Below, piece after piece: positions 10,166 through 20,156 of a stretch of 64,000 bases of DNA. Source of the stretch: Promethearchaeota archaeon. GTDB lineage: Archaea > Asgardarchaeota > Lokiarchaeia > Sigyniarchaeales > SOKP01. The notes beneath the pieces are model-generated. The model ran no database searches. It was given only the letters and a program-made list of their open reading frames with translations, and was not told the origin of the DNA. Both the position numbers and the translations under genes were made by a program. Position 1 is the first letter of the stretch. Every line of letters begins with the position of its first letter. Location: assembly GCA_048939995.1 (NCBI GenBank), contig JBHLOY010000004.1, positions 1-64,000 on the forward strand, in the 5' to 3' direction.

Positions 10166-11974
10166 ATGGTTTGGGTTGGCTTAGATGCTGAGGAATATGA
10201 TAGAACGTATAAAGATAGAACATTACTTAAAAGGATTTTTACTTATTTCTCACCTTATAAACGATATTTAGGGATTGTGATCTTTTTTCTAATTATCTCA
10301 TCTCTAACAACTTCATTTGTGCCGCTTATTACTTCCATTGCGATTAATAGCATACAATATGTAACAGACCCTCTTTACTTTCTTCTTTTAATTTTATTGA
10401 TTTTAAGTTTAAACGTATTAAGCTTTATATTTAATTATTTTAGGCAAAAAAATGCTGCAAAAGCAATTGGATTGGTCGTGTTTGATATGCAAAAAGATGC
10501 CACCAAATCAGTTTTAGATCATGATCTCTCATTTTTTGATAAAAATCCAATTGGAAAGATCGTAAGTAGGATAAATTCAGACAGCCGTGAATTTGGAAAT
10601 ATGATAGAATTATCTGTTGATGTAATATCATCTATTTTTGTAATGATCCTTCTAATAATACTTCTTGTTATAATTAATTCTTTCCTTGCAATTTTAATGT
10701 TGATTGGAATCCCGCTTTTCTTTATTGTAGCATTATCCTACAGAAAGTTAGCTAGAAAAATGACATTATTAGGCCAAAGAGCTTTAGCATCTGTTAATGC
10801 GTTTGTTAAAGAAAGCTTTTCAGGGATTCAAATCGCCAAAACATTTGGCCAGGAGCTAAAACTTTATGATCAATTTAATGACGTAAACAAACAATCCTAT
10901 AAGGTAAATTTAAAAAGAGCTTTTACCTTAAATGCTATATTTCCCTCTTTAGGGATTGTTCAAGGACTTGTACTTACAATCTTAGTCTATTATGGAGGGA
11001 ATTTTCTCATTTTTGGCTCTATAAACGCAGGAGACTTCAACATGTTTTTACAAAGTCTGACCTTGTTATTTTTTCCCTTATTAACAATTGCTTCATTTTG
11101 GCCTCAATTTCAGGCAGGATTGTCTGCATCAGAAAGAATTTTTGCCTTAATTGATACTCCACCAATCGTTATACAAAAGAATAATATCATACCTGGAAGA
11201 TTGAGAGGAGAAATTGAATTTAAAAATTTAGTTTTCCAGTACGAAGAAGGAAAGAAGGTTTTTGATAATTTTTCTCTGAAGATCAAACCTGGAGAATCAC
11301 TTGCTATAGTGGGACATACAGGTGCAGGCAAGTCAAGTTTAGCTAGCCTTATAGCAAGATTTTACGAATTTCAAGATGGAGATATTTTGGTGGATGGAGT
11401 TAGTATAAGAAATTATGATCTGACAGAATATAGAAAACAAATTGGGATCATACCACAAGTACCTTTCTTATGGGCAGATACTGTTGAAAATAATATTAAT
11501 TATGGATGCAGTTCGAGGAAGTGTGAAGATGTTCTTAGCGCATTAGATAAAGCAGGTGGTTCGGAGTGGATAGATAGCCTTCCAGATGGATTAAATACAA
11601 ATGTGGGTGAGAGAGGAAACCTCCTTTCTATGGGACAGAGACAATTAGTAGCTTTCGCGAGAGTCCTATTAGAAGATCCTTCAATTTTAATTCTAGATGA
11701 AGCAACCGCCTCAGTGGATCCCTTTACGGAAACTAGAATTCAAGATGCTTTAGAAAAGACTCTAGAAGATAGAACTTCTATCGTTATAGCACACCGCCTT
11801 TGGACGGTACGTCATGTAGACAGAATAATTGTTATAGAAAAAGGAAAAATCATTGAAGAGGGTAATCATATACAGCTAATGAAACGCGGTGGATATTATG
11901 CTCAGCTCTATAATACATATTTTAGACATCAATCACTCAAATATATTGAAGAAATAGGTAAAATGAAAGTATAA
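10166..11974 (+). CDS. Heterodimeric ABC exporter subunit B (TMD+NBD)
   Basis: GHTGAGKS, degenerate signature LSMGQ, ILILDEAT; starts 1 bp after its partner. Confidence 0.93.
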   Translation: MVWVGLDAEEYDRTYKDRTLLKRIFTYFSPYKRYLGIVIFFLIISSLTTSFVPLITSIAINSIQYVTDPLYFLLLILLILSLNVLSFIFNYFRQKNAAKAIGLVVFDMQKDATKSVLDHDLSFFDKNPIGKIVSRINSDSREFGNMIELSVDVISSIFVMILLIILLVIINSFLAILMLIGIPLFFIVALSYRKLARKMTLLGQRALASVNAFVKESFSGIQIAKTFGQELKLYDQFNDVNKQSYKVNLKRAFTLNAIFPSLGIVQGLVLTILVYYGGNFLIFGSINAGDFNMFLQSLTLLFFPLLTIASFWPQFQAGLSASERIFALIDTPPIVIQKNNIIPGRLRGEIEFKNLVFQYEEGKKVFDNFSLKIKPGESLAIVGHTGAGKSSLASLIARFYEFQDGDILVDGVSIRNYDLTEYRKQIGIIPQVPFLWADTVENNINYGCSSRKCEDVLSALDKAGGSEWIDSLPDGLNTNVGERGNLLSMGQRQLVAFARVLLEDPSILILDEATASVDPFTETRIQDALEKTLEDRTSIVIAHRLWTVRHVDRIIVIEKGKIIEEGNHIQLMKRGGYYAQLYNTYFRHQSLKYIEEIGKMKV

Positions 11975-11987
11975 TTTTTAATATTAA

Positions 11988-13340
11988 TTATAACCGAGTT
12001 ATATATCTATCTCTTTCCCATTCACTTACGATTACACGATATTTGTCATATTCCTCAAGCTTGGCATAATAGTAGTTTTTAAACGCAAGTTCACCAAATA
12101 CCTCTTTCATGAATTCCGATTCTTTAAATTCATCTAAAGCTCGTCGTAAACTGCCCGGTAATGCAACAATTCCTTCTTTTTCCATTTCTTTAGATGTTAA
12201 ATGATACACATTTCTATCAGTTGGTTCATACAGTTCAATATCATCTGCAAGAATTCCATCCAATCCTGCTGAAAGTAATACGGCAAATTGAAGGTAAGGA
12301 TTGCCTGCTGGATCAGGACATCTAATTTCACATCGCGCTGCGTTTGGCCTCCCATGAAAATCTGGAACTCTAATTAAAGGAGATCTATTTCTAAAACCCC
12401 ATGCTAAATATACTGGGGCCTCATAGCCAGGAACTAACCTTTTATATGAGTTAGGCCAACTACTTAAAACTGCACACATAGAAATTGCATGTTTTAATTG
12501 ACCTGCAATCCATTTTTTCATTATTGGAGATATATTATCCCTATCCTCCTCATCATAAAACGCATTAGTTCCATTCTGCCAAAGGGATTGATGGACATGC
12601 ATTCCAGATCCGTTAATTCCTTCAAAGGGTTTTGGCATAAAAGTTCCTATTAAATTTTGTTGAGCTGAAACCGTTTTAACTATTGACTTAATCGTAATTG
12701 TATTATCTGCGGAATTCACAGCTTCATCATACCTAAAATCTATCTCGTGTTGCCCAAATGCAACCTCATGATGCACACACTCAACAGAGATACCCATTGC
12801 ATCACAATATTCCGCGATTCTATATCTTATCATTTCGCTAATATCATACGGATCATAATCAAAATAGCCTCTCATATCGGAAGGCTTAACTGCTTGTTCA
12901 GTATCTGGAGTTAAAATGAAAAATTCCATTTCTGGAGCACAATAATATGTATAACCTAACTCTTTTGCCTTATTAACTGCCCTTTGTAGAATCCCTCGAG
13001 GATCGCCTTCATAACGATTTCCATCCGGCTTATAAATATCACAGATTACCCGTGCAACTTTATTCTGTTTCCTCCATGGTAAGAGATGAAATGTACTGGG
13101 ATCTGGAAGAGCAACCTTATCACTCTCCTCAATTGCTCCATAACCTGTTACTGAGCTTCCATCAAAACTTTCGCCAACATCGAAAATATCTTCAATACGC
13201 TTGGAATTTATTTCAAACGACTTAATAATCCCATGAATATCAGTAAATTGAAGATAAATAAATTTAATATCCTCTTCCTTTATTTTCTCTATAACATTAT
13301 CACATAACTCCTTTCGCTTTGGATCATCCTTCTTAATCAT
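11988..13340 (-). CDS. glnA: Glutamine synthetase type I
   Basis: FDGSS, HHEVAFGQHEI, FMPKP, NGSGMHVHQS, KRLVPGYEAP, EIRCPD. Confidence 0.96.
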   Translation of the reverse strand: MIKKDDPKRKELCDNVIEKIKEEDIKFIYLQFTDIHGIIKSFEINSKRIEDIFDVGESFDGSSVTGYGAIEESDKVALPDPSTFHLLPWRKQNKVARVICDIYKPDGNRYEGDPRGILQRAVNKAKELGYTYYCAPEMEFFILTPDTEQAVKPSDMRGYFDYDPYDISEMIRYRIAEYCDAMGISVECVHHEVAFGQHEIDFRYDEAVNSADNTITIKSIVKTVSAQQNLIGTFMPKPFEGINGSGMHVHQSLWQNGTNAFYDEEDRDNISPIMKKWIAGQLKHAISMCAVLSSWPNSYKRLVPGYEAPVYLAWGFRNRSPLIRVPDFHGRPNAARCEIRCPDPAGNPYLQFAVLLSAGLDGILADDIELYEPTDRNVYHLTSKEMEKEGIVALPGSLRRALDEFKESEFMKEVFGELAFKNYYYAKLEEYDKYRVIVSEWERDRYITRL

Positions 13341-13376
13341 ATACTTTCAACTTTTTTTTCTTATTCGATAAATAAT

Positions 13377-13784
13377 TTACTCATATATTAGCAAAGAATC
13401 ACTTTTTTTCGAGACAAAATCAACAATTTCATCTACTAATTTTGGATTGATTACTAGATGTGATTCTTCAAGTGATTTTTCTATGGTAGCACGAAATCTC
13501 TCAATAGTCTCACAATTCCACCCATAATTCCTCGCTGATGCGATCCTCAAGCTAGAAGGCTCAGTTGTTATCTCCATATATTTCTTAGGTAATCGTTTAC
13601 TCGCAAATACATAATTATCATTACTTAAAAAGACTGCACAGTTCCATTTATAAAATTCACTGCTCCTGAATTTAACTCCTTCCATGGAATTCGATAAACC
13701 ACTATACTTTAAGTAATCCTCACACTCTAAGCATATCTTACTCTCGTAGGAATACTTTCTACCACAGATTGGACATTTTAACAT
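13377..13784 (-). CDS. Hypothetical Zn-ribbon protein with two WNC motifs and a C-terminal IYE; paralog of 31704..32015
   Basis: KCPxCGxxYSYxxxICxxCE, YKWNC and YGWNC are shared with the paralog. Confidence 0.8.
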   Translation of the reverse strand: MLKCPICGRKYSYESKICLECEDYLKYSGLSNSMEGVKFRSSEFYKWNCAVFLSNDNYVFASKRLPKKYMEITTEPSSLRIASARNYGWNCETIERFRATIEKSLEESHLVINPKLVDEIVDFVSKKSDSLLIYE

Positions 13785-13831
13785 ATCTAAATTTCCTTTT
13801 CAATAATATCCTTATATTTAAATTTTTAAAA

Positions 13832-13850
13832 TATGGATATAAAATCCATA
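13832..13850. promoter_or_regulatory. Palindrome TATGGAT-N5-ATCCATA upstream of the Zn-ribbon gene and glnA
   Basis: Perfect 7-bp arms, just upstream of a minus-strand TTTAAATATA TATA-like box. Confidence 0.5.
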
Positions 13851-14049
13851 CTTTTTATTTTATAATATTATTTGTGCGATCTAAAATAAAAATGTTTTGA
13901 TTAAGTAGCGATATGTGTTAAAAAAAAGAGCAAAAAATAGCGATCAGTAAATAAGTTTGCTGAATAAAAAGGTGATTAAAATAATTTAACTGATTAAGGA
14001 ATTAACTAAAGCACCCTTATTCAAAAATTTAGATGAAAATCAAGATGAT

Positions 14050-14349
14050 ATGCATTTTATGTGCGATTATAAGATTGATAATGAGGGTAATATAATAGAA
14101 CTTCATATGCATCAGGCTGAATTAATATTTATGGCAATTTTTCCTGAACAATTATGTCTTCTTAAGAGTTTAGAAGTTATTAGATTTCCTAATAATGTCA
14201 TAGAATTTATTCCTGAGTGTATTATGAATCTGAAATTTTTAAGAGTTTTGGATGTAAGTAATTTCGAAGGTCCAACTGCTTTGATTCCTGATTCAATTAG
14301 ATCTTTTATAGAGTCATTAGAGAGTTATAATGAATTTTATGGACATTAA
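14050..14349 (+). CDS. Short leucine-rich-repeat protein, possibly N-terminally truncated
   Basis: FPEQLCLLKSLEVIRFPNNVIEFIPECIMNLKFLRVLDVSN fits LRR periodicity. The frame is open back to 13990, with a TAA at 13987. Confidence 0.7.
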   Translation: MHFMCDYKIDNEGNIIELHMHQAELIFMAIFPEQLCLLKSLEVIRFPNNVIEFIPECIMNLKFLRVLDVSNFEGPTALIPDSIRSFIESLESYNEFYGH

Positions 14350-14371
14350 TGTTATTTTTCTTTTTTTATCT

Positions 14372-14578
14372 TTAAATTTTTCTCCAAGTGATTATTATAT
14401 AGACTTGTGATACTCCAGTCTTTATAAAGTTCAAATTAAATACATCATAATCAGGGTTTTCCTTTCGAAATTCATAGACCTTTTTATTTAATTCTTTTTT
14501 CAATCCAATCTCATCATTGGTATTCAAAAATCCGGTTTGAGATACCTTAAATTCTTCTGGGTATATTTCATTTTTCAT
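14372..14578 (-). CDS. Hypothetical protein
   Basis: 68-aa ATG ORF with a plausible RBS; no motif recognised. Confidence 0.55.
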   Translation of the reverse strand: MKNEIYPEEFKVSQTGFLNTNDEIGLKKELNKKVYEFRKENPDYDVFNLNFIKTGVSQVYIIITWRKI

Positions 14579-14648
14579 ATTATACCAAATTCACTTCATT
14601 TTATTAATTCTTATGACTTTAAATTCTTTTTAAAATACAATTTTATAT

Positions 14649-15098
14649 TTAATCTCCCCCTCTAGATTCTAGTTTAAGAAGATTGATTAATTTATTAAGT
14701 GCGATACGATTGTGCTTCCATTTTAAGAAAATTTTAGCTTCGTTTTCAGTGCACCACTTATATTCTTCATGTTCACTACTTAATTGAATTGCATTTTCTT
14801 CTTTTATTTCAGCTGCATAACAATACTCTTTCATTTTTGCAAGCTTACCGCCCCACGTCGTCTTAAAGATAAAATTATATTCCAAATTAATGATTCTTTC
14901 GAGTTTTTTTAATCCAGTTTCTTCATATACCTCTCGTTTTATCGTTTCAAGCGGTTTTTCTCCCGCCTCAATTCCACCGCTTATTGGTTGCCAATAACCA
15001 CTTCGTTCTAGAATTCTTTTTAATATCAATATCTTAAATTTTGGATTTCTAGTAAATACAAAAACTTGGACATTAATCCGATCGAACATCATAATCAC
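14649..15098 (-). CDS. NUDIX hydrolase (NudB-like)
   Basis: WQPISGGIEAGE...REVYEETG Nudix box; LSSEH. Confidence 0.9.
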   Translation of the reverse strand: MIMMFDRINVQVFVFTRNPKFKILILKRILERSGYWQPISGGIEAGEKPLETIKREVYEETGLKKLERIINLEYNFIFKTTWGGKLAKMKEYCYAAEIKEENAIQLSSEHEEYKWCTENEAKIFLKWKHNRIALNKLINLLKLESRGGD

Positions 15099-15216
15099 TT
15101 ATCTTTAAGGTGTTCTTGGTATAATTCAAGGTTAATTCCACTCACATATTTCTTTCTCCCTATCTTGAAGAGTTGAAAATAGAATTAAATTTTATGTAAA
15201 TAATTATTGTTCAACA

Positions 15217-16338
15217 ATGCCATCAATTGCACATTTTGTATTGGGAGGGATTTTAGGATTAACTTTCTATTCTATTAGTGCTAGGAAGTTTTCCAAAACG
15301 CATGTTTTTGTCTTATTTATGAATAATGTTTGGGGTCCAGATATTATCGCAACATTCGGATTTCCAGTTTCCCATTCATTATTACTTTGGCCTCTTTGTG
15401 CATTCTTTTTAGCATTTCCATATCATTATTTCACCAAATTTTCAATTAGCCTAGAAAAATGGAAAAAACTTGAAATTATTGAGCTTAAACGAAGGAAATT
15501 ATCCTTTTCGCAAACTTTCTTCTTAGTTTTAGCTGGTGGGATTTTGCATCTCTATTTAGATTTTATGATAAATAATGTAGGTTATATTATTTTAATACCA
15601 GGTTTCGCAAATTTTGAGGGAGTATTTTTCACTCTTTTTGACTTAAATTTATTATTTAAGTATGAATTATTCCCAATAAATCCGATTTTATCAACTTTTA
15701 TTGGAGGGTTATTTATTTTAGGTTTTGTTTTTCTCTTTATTCGATTTCTTAAGATTAATTCAAGAAAAGAAGGATTTCTACTAATTTTATATATAATTTT
15801 ATTTTCAGTTATTTTTTCTATACTTGGTCAAACCTTCACATTATCTCATCCCGATTTAGGAGCTATAATCTACATTATACTGTTCTGGGGCATGCCGATG
15901 ATTCTCATTGTTTTATCGACTAAAAAGAAAAAAATTATGGCGCAAAATAGCCAAATAAAAGAAATAAAGGAACACCAAAGGGACCAATTAAAAACAATTA
16001 GTGTAATTTTATTTTTTTCAGGATTACTGATTTTAGGTATATCATTAATATGTATGATATTTAATAGCGAAATTATTAATTATTTGATATCTTTAGACAG
16101 TGAAATTGGCAGATATATTAATTTTGAGAGTGGAATGGCTTTAGCGTTCTTTTTAGAACTATCTGGAATATTATTTACTATCATGCTAGTTATTTCTTCA
16201 ATTGGATTTTTCTATAGAATTGAAAAAGTTAGGCGTTTGAATATTATTATTGGAATCCTTTTCATTTGGACTATTGTAGGTTTAGTTTTAGCATGTAAAT
16301 TGAGTGAAGATTCTATAAAAAAAGAATTCTCAAAATAA
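15217..16338 (+). CDS. Membrane protein with a YdjM-like metal-dependent hydrolase N-terminus
   Basis: MPSxAH, GPD, HSLL and HLYLD motifs; many TM helices. Confidence 0.65.
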   Translation: MPSIAHFVLGGILGLTFYSISARKFSKTHVFVLFMNNVWGPDIIATFGFPVSHSLLLWPLCAFFLAFPYHYFTKFSISLEKWKKLEIIELKRRKLSFSQTFFLVLAGGILHLYLDFMINNVGYIILIPGFANFEGVFFTLFDLNLLFKYELFPINPILSTFIGGLFILGFVFLFIRFLKINSRKEGFLLILYIILFSVIFSILGQTFTLSHPDLGAIIYIILFWGMPMILIVLSTKKKKIMAQNSQIKEIKEHQRDQLKTISVILFFSGLLILGISLICMIFNSEIINYLISLDSEIGRYINFESGMALAFFLELSGILFTIMLVISSIGFFYRIEKVRRLNIIIGILFIWTIVGLVLACKLSEDSIKKEFSK

Positions 16339-16487
16339 GCATCATAATGAGGTTTATTTTAAGTAATTATAAACTAAACTAACTTTTTTTATAGATTATA
16401 GTGATAAGATTTAGAACTTCATAATTCTCAACTTAATTAATTATGAGATTAGTATCTTATAAAATTAGTATTTTGAGGTTATAATAA

Positions 16488-16862
16488 TTGTCAGTTGAAA
16501 AAAATATAGATTTAGTAAAAAAAATGATTGCTGCGTATGAAAGTCGTGATATTGAAAAATTTATTGAATTTTTTGACGAAGATGCTCTAGACTACACACC
16601 AGCGAGAGAGGAACCACTCAAGGGTCGTGATGAAATTCGAAAAGATAACGAAGAATTCATTTCTTCAATACCAAATGTACAATTTGAGATATTAAATGCA
16701 TTTGGTCAGGCTAATTGGGTCTGTGTAGAGGGTATTGTCTCTGGGACATATAAAGGTCAAAATAGGAAATTTAAAGTTCATGTGTGCAATGTCGTCAAAA
16801 TCGGGGGGAATAAGGTAAGTGAAGTTCATGAATATTTTGATCAGCTTGCTTTTCAAACCTGA
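16488..16862 (+). CDS. NTF2/SnoaL-like protein
   Basis: FDEDA, LKGRDEI, GNKVSEVHEYFD. Confidence 0.85.
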   Translation: MSVEKNIDLVKKMIAAYESRDIEKFIEFFDEDALDYTPAREEPLKGRDEIRKDNEEFISSIPNVQFEILNAFGQANWVCVEGIVSGTYKGQNRKFKVHVCNVVKIGGNKVSEVHEYFDQLAFQT

Positions 16863-17010
16863 TATGATTTATTCTTATATTGATTTACAAAGATTAGATC
16901 TTTATAAAATGTAGAAGCTTTTTTTTATATCTATAAATATTTAAAGTTTAAAAAGATGAATGATAGTAAACCAACTTGTTTCCTCTTTATTGACTTTGGA
17001 ATCAAAAAAA

Positions 17011-17496
17011 TTATTTTTGACCATTTTTTGCCTTTTTTAATTCTTCAACAACACTTTCGACTTTTTCTCCGCAGAAATGGCAAATTTCTTCATACCAGGT
17101 AAAAATATTACCACACTTCTTACAAGTAAAGCGGTCTTTTTGATACGCCAACCATTCCGTTATCTTGTTCTCTTTTAACAAATCTCGATGTTGTAAAGCG
17201 AGTGTAAAGTGGGGATGATGGTCAGAAGGATCTTTTTCAGGAATTTTTTCACACGGATAATCCTCACACGTAAAACAATAATCTACGTGTTTTTCTTTGG
17301 CACATGTGCGAATTTCACATTCTGCACAATTCGGATACACGTGATCTGATTTACAGCCGTGACATTCCAAATCCATGCCTTTACTCATCGTTTTCCATGG
17401 TTCTGGAATTGATTCTGGACGGTTTTGTATATACGCTAATCGAATTATGCAACTTCCACAATAAATTCCACAATATGCATCAAAGATATCTTTCAT
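17011..17496 (-). CDS. DUF3795-type Cys-rich protein with C-terminal Zn ribbon
   Basis: YCGIYCGSC, CHGC, CEIRTC, CFTCEDYPC, CKKCG...CHFCG. Confidence 0.85.
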   Translation of the reverse strand: MKDIFDAYCGIYCGSCIIRLAYIQNRPESIPEPWKTMSKGMDLECHGCKSDHVYPNCAECEIRTCAKEKHVDYCFTCEDYPCEKIPEKDPSDHHPHFTLALQHRDLLKENKITEWLAYQKDRFTCKKCGNIFTWYEEICHFCGEKVESVVEELKKAKNGQK

Positions 17497-17691
17497 TTTG
17501 GGTTCCCTTTTTAATATTTAGTATTCAACAAAGAATACTATCTAATTAAGAGGATTTTACTTATTTACTTTTTTAATCTGCATCAATATAATGGAAATTT
17601 CCCGCATCCAATTATGTGTTTGTGAGTTTGACTAAAAAAATTCCTTCTTTTTTTCAAATATTTATTTAATTATTAAAAATAATATAATTTT

Positions 17692-18828
17692 ATGACTAAA
17701 AATGAAGATGAGACATATCGAAAGCTTCAGAATTATTTAGATTCACTTCCAATTGATTATCCTGAAACTAGATCTGGAGTAGAAATTAGAATACTAAAGC
17801 GCCTATTTACTCCTCAAGAAGCAGAAATAGCATTAAATTTAAAAATAATTCCTCAAGAGCCTAAAGCACTATATAGACCTTTTAAGAAGAAAGGATGGAC
17901 TCTAGAACAATTTTCTGATGCTCTTTTAACAATGGCTAAAAAGGGATCAATAAATTGGATTCGAAGAAGGGATGGCACAAATTATTATGCGATTGCTTTT
18001 CTAGCAGTAGGCTTTATGGATTATCAAATAGACAAACTCACTAAAGATTCTGCTGCAGAATATGATCAATATATGGATGAAGGTTTCATATCTGCGATGT
18101 TAGAAAATGGAATTTTACAAATGAGAACAATTCCTATAGAAAAAAGTCTAACTTTTGAACATAATATTTCTAATTTCGATGAAATTAGAGAAATTATACA
18201 GAATACTGAAAAAACATTTTATTTAAGCCCGTGTATATGTAGGCAATCAAAAGTGGTTCAAGGAAAAGGGTGTGATCATCCAATGGAAACTTGTATTTCA
18301 ATTGGGGTCTCCCCACGGATATTTCTTGAACAAGGACGAGAAATTACAAAAGAAGAGGCATTAGAAGTATTAAGAATGACTCAAGAAAACGGAATGGTTA
18401 TTTGCCCTACTAATACACAGAATCCATTTGTAATATGTTCTTGTTGCGGATGTTCCTGTATATTTCTTAGTAATCTCAAAAAATATCCTAATCCAGCACA
18501 ATATGTTAACTCAAATTATTTTGTTGAAGTTGATGAAGACCTATGTACGGGATGCTCAAGCTGTATCACTAGTTGCCACATGGAAGCAAACAAAATTAAT
18601 GAGAATGGAATTAGTAAATTAGATTTAGGTTATTGTATAGGATGTGGTGTTTGTATCCCGCAATGTCCCGAAAGTGCGCGTCATTTAGTAAAAAAGTCAA
18701 CTGAATCAATACCACCCGAAAGTTTTACAGAGCTATATCAAGCTATAGCTAGAAGAAAAGCATTTCTTCGGGAAAAAAGAGAAATAGAAAAAGATTATGG
18801 AAGAATAGGAATTATTAAGAAGAAGTAA
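17692..18828 (+). CDS. 4Fe-4S dicluster protein with N-terminal wHTH-like region
   Basis: GVEIRILKRLFT, CICR, CSCCGCSC, two CxxCxxCxxxC motifs; paralog of 53515..54615. Confidence 0.88.
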   Translation: MTKNEDETYRKLQNYLDSLPIDYPETRSGVEIRILKRLFTPQEAEIALNLKIIPQEPKALYRPFKKKGWTLEQFSDALLTMAKKGSINWIRRRDGTNYYAIAFLAVGFMDYQIDKLTKDSAAEYDQYMDEGFISAMLENGILQMRTIPIEKSLTFEHNISNFDEIREIIQNTEKTFYLSPCICRQSKVVQGKGCDHPMETCISIGVSPRIFLEQGREITKEEALEVLRMTQENGMVICPTNTQNPFVICSCCGCSCIFLSNLKKYPNPAQYVNSNYFVEVDEDLCTGCSSCITSCHMEANKINENGISKLDLGYCIGCGVCIPQCPESARHLVKKSTESIPPESFTELYQAIARRKAFLREKREIEKDYGRIGIIKKK

Positions 18829-18874
18829 GAAATTTTCTGATTTAATGAAGCTTTAAGAGGAGGTGAGAGTCTAA

Positions 18875-19513
18875 ATGCCAGTTTCCTATATTTATAAAAG
18901 GATGATTCGTGAAGAGATTAAGAAACTTAATAAACCAATAACATTGAAGGTATTTACCTCAACAGATAATCTCCAAGAATCAGTATATATGATGGATACA
19001 TTAGATATATATGTAAAAGGTTCTGATAGACTGCTTAGAATCGAAGAATATAAACTTGAATCTAACTCTGAAATTGCCGAAGAATATGATATCCAGCGAG
19101 GACCAGCGATTTTACTTATAAATGATCGAGGAGTAGAAATTATACGTTATTTAGCGGTTCCTATGGCAGCAGAAATAGAACCATTTGTACAAGCGTTAAT
19201 GATATTTACTGGGACTCCCAATTATTATGAAGCCGCAATAAAACAAAACCTCAGTAAATTTGGTTCAATAATTATTAAAGTATTGATTACTGACTCTTGT
19301 GTTTATTGCCCAAATATTTTATCAATATGTAGTCAGTTTGCGTTAGCCTCAGAAGGTAAAATAAAGGTTATTATAATAGATATTATGGCTCATCCTAATA
19401 TTGCGGAACAGTATCATATATCGACTGTTCCATATTTAATTATAAATGAAGAAAAAAAGTTAAATGGGATAATTAGTGCTGAAGATCTTTTGAAAGAGCT
19501 TATAAACGAATAA
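18875..19513 (+). CDS. Protein-disulfide oxidoreductase (PDO / AhpF-N-like, double thioredoxin fold)
   Basis: CVYCP in the second fold, cis-Pro TVP; the first-fold CxxC is absent. Confidence 0.8.
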   Translation: MPVSYIYKRMIREEIKKLNKPITLKVFTSTDNLQESVYMMDTLDIYVKGSDRLLRIEEYKLESNSEIAEEYDIQRGPAILLINDRGVEIIRYLAVPMAAEIEPFVQALMIFTGTPNYYEAAIKQNLSKFGSIIIKVLITDSCVYCPNILSICSQFALASEGKIKVIIIDIMAHPNIAEQYHISTVPYLIINEEKKLNGIISAEDLLKELINE

Positions 19514-19518
19514 AATTA

Positions 19519-20001
19519 TTATTGATTTTCTATAATTTGTTTTCCAAACTTTGCAGCATTTTTTATTCCAAGTCGGAAAAAACCTTTAAAATTAGTACTA
19601 ACTATTACTTGGCCACCTGCTTCTTCAACTTTATTCCTCATATAATCATGTGCTTTGCTACCAGTAAGTCGAGCCGTATTAAATACAACTATGTGTTTTC
19701 CATGTATATTTCCCATTCTAGTTAGGATCTCATCAAAAACTTTAGGGGGAAAACCACCATGATTGGGCATGCCAATAATAATCAATTCATAGCCTTCAAG
19801 ATCTAACCTGTTCAATTCAGGTTCTATCAAAGAGAAATCTCCTTTATTGAAATTGCGTAACTCTTTTAATCTCTGACTAAATTTTCCCGTCAATTCAAGA
19901 GAAACATAATCTATCTCATAATCAATTAAAACACTTGCAATAGCTTCAGCTATTTTCTTTGCTCTTCTTCCCATAGTAAAATAACTAATTAATGCTTTCA
20001 T
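19519..20001 (-). CDS. Flavodoxin-like protein
   Basis: LISYFTMG..KKIAEAIA, IIIGMP, VVFNT. Confidence 0.8.
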   Translation of the reverse strand: MKALISYFTMGRRAKKIAEAIASVLIDYEIDYVSLELTGKFSQRLKELRNFNKGDFSLIEPELNRLDLEGYELIIIGMPNHGGFPPKVFDEILTRMGNIHGKHIVVFNTARLTGSKAHDYMRNKVEEAGGQVIVSTNFKGFFRLGIKNAAKFGKQIIENQ

Positions 20002-20156
20002 AATTTTGAAATAACCTTAATTAATAAAAAAACTTCTAAATATTTTTTCAAGTAGATTAATGATTTTATAATCCAGATTTGGTTATAGATAAATATAAAT
20101 ATTTATTAATTGGTTTTAAGATATATCTTCCACCAAAAAAAAAAAAAAAATAACAC

